Shown: positions 1 through 6,480 of the stretch, piece by piece
Layout of the letters: the number at the start of each line of letters is the position of its first letter
Numbering within the stretch: the stretch's first letter is position 1
Assembly: GCA_964426185.1 (NCBI GenBank)
Contig: CAYRPF010000020.1
Span: 34,245-42,290 of the forward strand
Reading direction: 5' to 3'
DNA from: an uncultured archaeon
Lineage (GTDB): Archaea > Asgardarchaeota > Lokiarchaeia > Sigyniarchaeales > Promethearchaeaceae
DNA: 8,046 nucleotides
Notes under the pieces: model-generated
What the model saw: the letters and a program-made list of their open reading frames with translations, nothing else
Database searches by the model: none
What the model was told of the DNA's origin: nothing
Translations under genes and position numbers: made by a program

Positions 1-357
1 TCCTGCCAAAGATCGAATACGCGAATATATGATAAGCAACAACCCTCCCATTAAAATCCGTCCCATTAAGAATTTACTGAAATTTCTTTTAGTGTTTTTT
101 TGAAGAGATTGCATATTTCGTGATAACATTTTGCGGGTGATAATAAGACAAGTCATCACAGTAAAAACACTGCCCCAAACACCCATTATCATAAGCGGCG
201 TTAAAATAATCCACAATAAAGGTGAAAGTTGAGAGACGACCGGAATAAAGAGAGAAGGATCACCTTGAGCAATGGCTTGAGTGAATAGATGCACTAAGAT
301 CATAATGAATATGCCGAATCCTTTTGCAGTATCTATTCCCACCAACCGATTTTGCAT
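1..357 (-). CDS. Partial (runs off the left edge) polytopic membrane protein, DUF1624 / heparan-alpha-glucosaminide N-acetyltransferase / acyltransferase-3-like N-terminus
   Basis: Manual translation from ATG at 357 is open for 119 codons to base 1: MQNRLVGIDTAKGFGIFIMILVHLFTQAIAQGDPSLFIPVVSQLSPLLWIILTPLMIMGVWGSVFTVMTCLIITRKM... The start matches the R-x3-D-x2-(R/K)G-x2-I-x2-M-x3-H signature of this superfamily, followed by hydrophobic helices. An in-frame TAG just upstream fixes the start. Confidence 0.8.
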   Translation of the reverse strand, partial: MQNRLVGIDTAKGFGIFIMILVHLFTQAIAQGDPSLFIPVVSQLSPLLWIILTPLMIMGVWGSVFTVMTCLIITRKMLSRNMQSLQKNTKRNFSKFLMGRILMGGLLLIIYSRIRSLAG

Positions 358-380
358 AAGAATATTTGGGTGCCTCTATC

Positions 381-428
381 ATAAAAATCATTCGTTCGAA
401 TTAAATACCCAAAGCGAATGATTTTTAT
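381..428. promoter_or_regulatory. Perfect 14-bp inverted repeat (ATAAAAATCATTCG-N20-CGAATGATTTTTAT) between divergent genes; each arm resembles an outward-facing BRE+TATA
   Basis: 381-394 is the exact reverse complement of 415-428. Each arm read outward gives CGAA-TGA-TTTTTAT. The repeat is seen directly and the promoter role is inferred. Confidence 0.55.
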
Positions 429-476
429 AGAAAAAGAAGATAACAACATTAGGCACCTTTGAGTAGTAAAGCACCT

Positions 477-1127
477 ATGATAAACCAGCAACGAATTTTT
501 TGGAATGAAATAGCCGAGGAAAAGGAATTCGCAACACCTTTTCATTTAGAAGTTTTTTCTCAGTATTTATCCCCCGAAGCAAATATTCTGGATTATGGCT
601 GTGGATACGGAAGAATACTCTACGAATTATATAAAGCAGGATATAAGAACACGGTAGGAATAGATATTTCTGAAAAAATGATCATTCGGGGTAAATCAAT
701 TCATCCGTATTTGAATTTGCATCATATTGAAGGAAACAGAATGGATCAGGTTCAATTTGATGAAAATACATTTGATGCCATAATCACCCAATCGCTTTTT
801 ACATGTATTCCATTTGAAGATGATCAAAAAAACATAATTCAACAAATAAAGCAAATGCTAAAACCAGGTGGGTATTTATTTTTCACAGATTTCTTAATTA
901 CTCCCAATTCGCGTAATCGAGCGCGATATACCCGTTTTGAAAAAAAATATAATCACTATGGAATTTTTGAACTTCCAAATGGAGGGGTTTTTCGGCATTA
1001 TTCACAAAAAGAAATATCTGAACTTTTAAGTGATTTCAATATAATCTTATCAAATACAGAGGTTTTTACCACCATGAACGGTAATCTTACTAATGGTATT
1101 TTCTGCGTTGCGCAGAAGCAAAAATAG
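477..1127 (+). CDS. Class I SAM-dependent methyltransferase (Methyltransf_11/25-like), substrate unknown
   Basis: Motif I ILDYGCGYG, acidic post-I GIDIS, FDENTFDAII and LKPGGYLF. ATG at 477 is preferred over TTG at 459. Stop is TAG at 1125-1127. Confidence 0.9.
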   Translation: MINQQRIFWNEIAEEKEFATPFHLEVFSQYLSPEANILDYGCGYGRILYELYKAGYKNTVGIDISEKMIIRGKSIHPYLNLHHIEGNRMDQVQFDENTFDAIITQSLFTCIPFEDDQKNIIQQIKQMLKPGGYLFFTDFLITPNSRNRARYTRFEKKYNHYGIFELPNGGVFRHYSQKEISELLSDFNIILSNTEVFTTMNGNLTNGIFCVAQKQK

Positions 1128-1155
1128 AAAAAACATTTTAATATAAGTGATTTTA

Positions 1156-2274
1156 TTAACGCTGATAAAGAATCTGTGTTCGAAATTGATGAAAATTTGC
1201 TGGTTTAATGTTTTCCATATTAATTTCAGGAATTTGAGAGAGATCTTGAGATTCTACAAATCGATGTAATATTCCTATTGCTTCTTGATTAGAAGGATGC
1301 TTTTCATGAAAATTATGCACACCCCGATCTTTACCCGCAGCTGAAGGATCACAAAGAATTCGGGTCTTGGATAGATCAGATTGGGTTAAAGCATGTTTAA
1401 TTACCCAGAATAAGGAATAAAACCAAGGGGATCGAAACTGGTTGTGCGCAGCCAACACACTGCAAATTGTATTCTGTTGGATATTGGTAGGATTAACGGA
1501 GATGGTTTCTACTCCCAATTTAACGCAATCTCGAATGGATTTTGTTAAATCCATGATTGCTGCATATTCAGAAAGAAATGGGGGTTTGAATAATAAATAA
1601 GCTTTTACTCCAAAACCGTATGAATGAACTCGCTCGACTGCTTTAACCACTTGTTCCCATTTAAATCCTTTATTTATTATGTCGGTTCGAATGTAATCAG
1701 AACTGCTTTCAATCCCGATGCCAATTTCTAAATATTGAGTAGAAATAATTTCCCGATATCTCGTTAAAATGGTAGAATTGAGGTATTCTGGGCGGGATTC
1801 TATTACTATTTCTTTGATATTGGAATATTGAGATAAAGTTCGTAATATTCGAAGCTGCAATTCTAAGTCCAATTCATTTGTGTCGCAAAAACTACCCGAA
1901 GTAAACATCTTGAAGACAATTGAGTGATCGTTATCAGTTAAAATATCTTTAAATTTTTCCATCACACTGGAAAATTGCTGCCAGTAATGCTCTGGTTGAA
2001 TTTCTCCATCGGCGCGATCATTCCAATAACCACACATGGTACACCCTCCAGAAGAAGAAGCTGCCCAACTACAAGCACGTGAACGGAAAATTAGTGTAAT
2101 TTCAGACCCCATTCCAGAGCGTAAGCGATCAGGTTTGGTGAAACATGCAACTGGCCTAGTAAATTGATGAGATTTAGCAGCTTTTTGGTGGCGCAAAGGT
2201 CGATTCCTCAAGTATTGCAATTCTTCTTGTAAATATTTCGTAGCATTTTTATAATGCGGTGGTTCGGCATTCAT
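1156..2274 (-). CDS. raSEA: Archaeosine biosynthesis radical SAM protein RaSEA (TIGR01210-like)
   Basis: IFRSRACSWAASSSGGCTMCGY (extended CxnCxxC), KMFTSGSF, IESRPEY, EIGIGIES, KAYLLFKPPFLSE, SVNPTNIQ and RSPW are typical of this family. Its ATG overlaps the arcS TGA (ATGA at 2274-2271). Confidence 0.9.
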   Translation of the reverse strand: MNAEPPHYKNATKYLQEELQYLRNRPLRHQKAAKSHQFTRPVACFTKPDRLRSGMGSEITLIFRSRACSWAASSSGGCTMCGYWNDRADGEIQPEHYWQQFSSVMEKFKDILTDNDHSIVFKMFTSGSFCDTNELDLELQLRILRTLSQYSNIKEIVIESRPEYLNSTILTRYREIISTQYLEIGIGIESSSDYIRTDIINKGFKWEQVVKAVERVHSYGFGVKAYLLFKPPFLSEYAAIMDLTKSIRDCVKLGVETISVNPTNIQQNTICSVLAAHNQFRSPWFYSLFWVIKHALTQSDLSKTRILCDPSAAGKDRGVHNFHEKHPSNQEAIGILHRFVESQDLSQIPEINMENIKPANFHQFRTQILYQR

Positions 2275-4619
2275 GATTCTATCTCCTTTAAAAATTCAAG
2301 ATCGAAATTACTTCCAGAAGATGAGTGATGTTTTAGCTTTTTTCGTAGTTTTACCACGATTCCATATTCGTTATCTTTCAAATCGCAAGGAGCTCGTATC
2401 AATTCCCCTACACCCATATATTCATTCTCAGAATTGATTACTACCATGTCATCGCCCGGATGACTGGAAACATCAATTTGATCAACAATTGGCATAAAAA
2501 CAGTAGTACCACCCATTTCTGTAGTTTGTAGAGTTACATAATTTCGGTGATGTGCAATTAAACGTTGAGCCCCTCTAGGAGTTAATTTAATGAAACCAGA
2601 ATCTGTATACAATCTTCCAATTTGGAATTTTCCTGCACCGTCATAAGTAAAAACTTCATAGTAAAGCGGATTTCGAGATTTATTCACAATTATGCCAGTT
2701 TCTAAGAAAAGATCTCCTGCGCCGCGTCCAAATTGATAATCTAAAGTGGCGCGAACCATTATTTCGGCTTCAGTTAAGTGATGTGTCCTTGACCAAACAA
2801 CATTGTGCGGATTTAATTGAGTTGATTTTAGGTTTGATTCAAGTTGATTTTTTTCCCAAGAATTTTTAATCGCTTTTAATATGGTTTCTAATGCTAGTAA
2901 TCCAGTTTTTGAAGCAGAAGAAGAATGAGTTTTTTCACCCATAGAATACTTCCAGATTATTTCTGGTGCAGCAGAATCGGATTTAATCATTTGTTCGGCG
3001 AATTTTGCTGCTGAATAATAACCACCATTAACATGAGCAAGTACCAATAAAGGATCTCCCGTTTCATTAGAATATTTCTTCAACCAATGAGCTAATAATT
3101 CTCCAGTTGTTTTAATTTCATAAGAATCCCATTCTCCAGTTACCGGAATGTCATAATGTGCGGCAGGAAAAATATGTTCAAGTTCTCTTGGAACCACACC
3201 TAAAGGAGAAGTGATGATAATTTGATGAACAAATGGAAATAACGTTTTTCCAAGAGTTTTACGAATAACTCTTTTAAAGGATTTATGGGATTTTGATTGA
3301 GAATAAGGTTTCGTAGCTGCACATGGTAAAATTATAACCATTCGATAAAATTGAGCCGGATAGATCTCTGTTTTTACCCGATTAATAAAATTCTGAACTT
3401 CTGGTCGAGTATATGATTCTGTACCAATGCAATTTACTCGATAATTGGAATTAAGTTTATATCTTGAATTAATTTCTTCTCCAAATTCATGGTCTATAAT
3501 TCTTAACATTGAAGCAGATTCAGGACTGGAATGGATTTGTTTTTCAAGATAGGTTCGAAGCGATCCTTCGTGATTATATTGCTCAATTTGTCGCATTTCT
3601 GATCGTGCGGTAAATATATTATGATATAATATTTCATACTGCTGTTCGATTGTTTCATGCCCTTTTCCTGGAAGATTAGATTCCAATAATTGACATCCTC
3701 GACATGAACAGAGAGGAAAATGCAGTTTTCTTAGCCAATCTCGCGATTGAGTTGAAAAATATAACCCTTGAAATGAATAAGCAAAAAGAGAATGGGTTTC
3801 AATACAGTCGAAACCTAAATAAACCGCCAGTGCATAATCTTGCGGAAAAATGTCCCCTCCAGCAATCCACATTAAATTAGAAGAGGTTTTAAGTTTAAAA
3901 TCAAAAATGAATTCTAAAATATCGGATTGGGCGCGTAAATTACTAAAGATATTTGTAAATTTTAGACCGAATAACAAACTCTCATGTTCATTAATCCAAG
4001 AAATATAGAATTCGCGAATATTTTTCATGGAAGTAAATGGAATCTCTAAAATAAAAGAAGCATTTGGGTGATTGGGAAAAATTTTATTAGAGTAATAAGC
4101 AAACCGGTCTTTTATTAATGCAAGTTCATATTCTCCATATCGATCATAGTTGGTATTGGGTAAATTTGCAGATAACACATGAATAGATGAATACAATGAT
4201 TTTTTGAGTGAATCTGAAATCTCGCTTTGAGATAACTCGTTTTTTTTCCTCAATTGTTCTAAATCGGAATTTTCCAAAGATGATATGCCATACAAATCAA
4301 GATTTTCTTTGATAATAGGAAAAAATTTTGATGAAATATCAACATCTCCATTTTTTGAAAATAACCCCAAAGGATCGTGCACTTGAGCTATAATGAAAGG
4401 ATTGACGGGAGCAAATATTAGTTTTAAAAAATCTGAACTGGTCAAGAACTCTTTATGATTAGTCGCATTTTTTTTTAATGTATAATTTGAGGATAAGGAA
4501 ATAATCTCTTGATATGAAAAAATTAGGTTTGGGGTATAATAATTTTTGTTTCCCCATTTAATCCGCCCCATGCGACTTAATCCTTGTTGATCTCTAATTT
4601 CAAATTTCACTTGTGGCAT
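2271..4619 (-). CDS. arcS: Archaeosine synthase ArcS (TgtA2; lysine transferase to preQ0-tRNA): degenerate TGT barrel, ArcS core and C-terminal PUA
   Basis: TGT-like start FEIRDQQGLSRMGRI, Zn site CSCRGC...YHN, ArcS hallmarks ILPCAATKPYSQSKSH, ITSPLGVVPRELE, PAAHYDIPVTGEW and LDYQFG, and a PUA-like C-terminus (HPGDDMVV...GVG...GIVVKLR). ATG at 4619 (782 aa) fits the TGT N-terminus better than TTG at 4679. Confidence 0.9.
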   Translation of the reverse strand: MPQVKFEIRDQQGLSRMGRIKWGNKNYYTPNLIFSYQEIISLSSNYTLKKNATNHKEFLTSSDFLKLIFAPVNPFIIAQVHDPLGLFSKNGDVDISSKFFPIIKENLDLYGISSLENSDLEQLRKKNELSQSEISDSLKKSLYSSIHVLSANLPNTNYDRYGEYELALIKDRFAYYSNKIFPNHPNASFILEIPFTSMKNIREFYISWINEHESLLFGLKFTNIFSNLRAQSDILEFIFDFKLKTSSNLMWIAGGDIFPQDYALAVYLGFDCIETHSLFAYSFQGLYFSTQSRDWLRKLHFPLCSCRGCQLLESNLPGKGHETIEQQYEILYHNIFTARSEMRQIEQYNHEGSLRTYLEKQIHSSPESASMLRIIDHEFGEEINSRYKLNSNYRVNCIGTESYTRPEVQNFINRVKTEIYPAQFYRMVIILPCAATKPYSQSKSHKSFKRVIRKTLGKTLFPFVHQIIITSPLGVVPRELEHIFPAAHYDIPVTGEWDSYEIKTTGELLAHWLKKYSNETGDPLLVLAHVNGGYYSAAKFAEQMIKSDSAAPEIIWKYSMGEKTHSSSASKTGLLALETILKAIKNSWEKNQLESNLKSTQLNPHNVVWSRTHHLTEAEIMVRATLDYQFGRGAGDLFLETGIIVNKSRNPLYYEVFTYDGAGKFQIGRLYTDSGFIKLTPRGAQRLIAHHRNYVTLQTTEMGGTTVFMPIVDQIDVSSHPGDDMVVINSENEYMGVGELIRAPCDLKDNEYGIVVKLRKKLKHHSSSGSNFDLEFLKEIES

Positions 4620-4682
4620 CTTAAGTAAAAACAAATTCAAGATTGTCAAAAAATTTTTCGGAATAAAATAATTGAGCAATAA

Positions 4683-5912
4683 CTAAGATTTTCGCCAATT
4701 TGATTGCATTTCATCAAGGTTCAAAGGATTTTTTTCTTTGGTCCAAGCAATGGGCTCTATTTCTCTATTTAAAGGATTTACAATATCTTGAAATGTAGCA
4801 TCTTGATAGATTTCTCTTGCCAACTGCATCAATCCTTGCATCCCAATTGGTTCTTCTTCTAACCAATGTGATTCCCAGATTTTTAGATGAGAAAAACTTT
4901 CATAAATCAGCTTACAGTATTTTTCTTGATTAGCTAAGATTTTATCCAAATATACAGTTTTTCCTTTTTCGGATTTAGGAATTAGACGATTTAAATGAAG
5001 GGCATCAACCGAAATAAATCTACGAGAGAGTTCTTCGGCTCGTTTGGCTTCTTCATAAGATGGTTTTTCAGGTATAGAAACTAATCTGAGTGAGCCAATC
5101 CCTTTTAATAATGTAGCAATCCTTTCACTCCGTTTTTCCATTTCATAAAGTAAATCCAAAATTTCCTGGGCTAAATTTTTTTGTTCCTCCTTATTTAAGG
5201 GGTTTGAAGGCTGTGCCTCACGATTTACGGCTCTTTTTGCCATCCATACTGCCGGTTGTGCCCACTTTGTTAATGATTTTAATTTATTGAAAGAATCTTG
5301 GAGCACGGAGATAATTTTGAGAGCAAGTTTCATCAATCGACGGGATGGATCAGCAGGAACTTCAAAGAGGGCAATCATATTTCCAGTAGGAGGAAAATCA
5401 CAAATAATTAAATCAAATTTCGGAAGGAATGGTCGCTCATCCAATGGAGTATTTTTTGATTGATCGAGTGCAATATAGTGGAGTTTACGTTCGCCTAAAG
5501 CTTCCATCGGATTCTCGGCATCCAAAATACTTTGAAAGAAAAGAGCATTTTTCATTGCTAACGGAAGATTCTCACTTCGGAGAGATTCTTCTACAATACT
5601 CTCTAATTGAGGAAGCAATGCCATTATTTTTGAAGATTTAAATAGTTCTCGCGTTTTTTGAGTAAGTTCTCCTGTATAACTAAGTGTATACAAATCAGGA
5701 TCTGGCTCAATTACATATAAATTTGGAGATACTTGAGTAATATCATTTCCGATATTTTTTTCAAATAGATCCGAGAGATTATGGGCGATGTCAAATGATA
5801 CTAAGAGAATTTTTTTCTGAGGTACTAATTGCGCTAAGTGAACAGCCGTAGCAGCTGAAATGGATGATTTCCCAACACCACCTTTCCCTCCAAGTACAAT
5901 GAGATTATCCAT
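4683..5912 (-). CDS. Single-domain ArsA/Get3(TRC40)-family SIMIBI ATPase with divergent switch motifs
   Basis: Deviant Walker A GGKGGVGKSS, switch I SFDIAHNLSDLF, switch II DFPPTGN, VSIPEKPSYEE, LNRL and EEPIG. There is one ATPase domain and only two Cys residues. Confidence 0.88.
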   Translation of the reverse strand: MDNLIVLGGKGGVGKSSISAATAVHLAQLVPQKKILLVSFDIAHNLSDLFEKNIGNDITQVSPNLYVIEPDPDLYTLSYTGELTQKTRELFKSSKIMALLPQLESIVEESLRSENLPLAMKNALFFQSILDAENPMEALGERKLHYIALDQSKNTPLDERPFLPKFDLIICDFPPTGNMIALFEVPADPSRRLMKLALKIISVLQDSFNKLKSLTKWAQPAVWMAKRAVNREAQPSNPLNKEEQKNLAQEILDLLYEMEKRSERIATLLKGIGSLRLVSIPEKPSYEEAKRAEELSRRFISVDALHLNRLIPKSEKGKTVYLDKILANQEKYCKLIYESFSHLKIWESHWLEEEPIGMQGLMQLAREIYQDATFQDIVNPLNREIEPIAWTKEKNPLNLDEMQSNWRKS

Positions 5913-5934
5913 AACTAATCCAAATAACGTTGCC

Positions 5935-6440
5935 CTACAAAAAAGAATTCTTCTTTTTCACAACCCAAATATTTTTATTTTTAAAGAATTTAAATATAAA
6001 TGAGGATAATACTCCTCAAGTTACAAGAAAATTCACGACTCACAAATGAACTCTTCTAAATTTCCCTTCCTACGAAAAGCAGAATGGTTCAGTGTTCATC
6101 GTGAATGTTAATAGATAAATATATCATAACCTTTATCAAATATTTCATCTATTATCCTAACAATATCACATATCACAATTACATCAAATATCATCCAAAT
6201 TCAATTATTACCACGAAATTAAAGATAATAATTACAATATGGAATATATATAAACAAAACCATATCACAAAGGAAGAAGAAATATCCCATAGATAGAACA
6301 TCTTAGGGTAAAATAAATGGAAACCTATTCGATTATAATTACGAATTATCAGATTTACCATTCTCAAATAAAAAGTTCATCTTGCCCATTAACATAGGAG
6401 AAAATATAATCATTTAACCACAATAATCAAATTAAAATTA
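5935..6440 (-). ncRNA. Candidate ~500-nt structured RNA (long 5' leader of the ATPase-arcS-raSEA operon, or an independent ncRNA)
   Basis: Consecutive non-overlapping hairpins at 6407-6440, 6316-6362, 6238-6291, 6203-6233, 6157-6198 (weak), 6109-6154, 6031-6106, 6001-6018 and 5935-5963. Single mismatches inside stems are A-C on + and therefore G-U on -. No known family recognised; folded by hand only. Confidence 0.5.
6001..6018. promoter_or_regulatory. Palindrome TGAGGA-N6-TCCTCA abutting a minus-strand TATA-like TTTATATT (6000-5993)
   Basis: The perfect 6-bp dyad is seen directly. It could be an operator at the BRE position of a proximal promoter or simply a small RNA hairpin. Confidence 0.35.
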
Positions 6441-6464
6441 AGAATTATCTAAACACAAAATTTA

Positions 6465-6473
6465 GTTTTAAAT
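6465..6473. promoter_or_regulatory. Putative bidirectional TATA element (+ TTTTAAAT 6466-6473; - TTTAAAAC 6472-6465)
   Basis: Resembles the archaeal TTTAWAW box on both strands and lies at the point where A/C-rich sequence switches to G/T-rich. The predicted starts (~6442 on -, ~6496 on +) coincide with the first hairpin on each side. Such motifs are common in AT-rich DNA. Confidence 0.35.
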
Positions 6474-6480
6474 TCATAAT

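Noticed and set aside
333-545. 70-aa minus-strand ORF
   Set aside because: It overlaps both the methyltransferase start and the real membrane-protein gene in another frame, and shows no motifs.
4620-4679. 20-aa N-terminal extension of ArcS from TTG 4679
   Set aside because: TGT-like homology begins at MPQVKFEI (ATG 4619), and the extension looks like spacer sequence.
5429-5641. 70-aa plus-strand ORF
   Set aside because: Antisense shadow inside the ATPase gene.
6031-6106. SRP RNA, RNase P RNA or tRNA
   Set aside because: GGAAGGG is present on - but the SRP helix-8 CAGG/AGCA motif is not. There is no RNase P GAGGAAAGUCC and no cloverleaf, and the region is too AU-rich.
6120-6290. Recurrent TATC(A) words, considered as a CRISPR array, tandem repeat or iterons
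   Set aside because: Only 4-7 nt match, spacing is irregular, there is no repeat-spacer pattern and no cas genes; several copies fall in hairpin arms.
6105-6296. 63-aa plus-strand ORF (I/Y/N/K-rich)
   Set aside because: Its composition simply mirrors the A/C-rich DNA, no family is recognisable, and the region is better explained by minus-strand hairpins.
6191-6361. 56-aa hydrophobic minus-strand ORF (MVNLIIRNYNRIGF...IIEFG) ending in TGA, considered as a small membrane protein, Get3 client or selenoprotein
   Set aside because: Hydrophobicity is expected from U-rich sequence, and reading through the TGA adds only three codons before TAA. It cannot be fully excluded without ribosome profiling.
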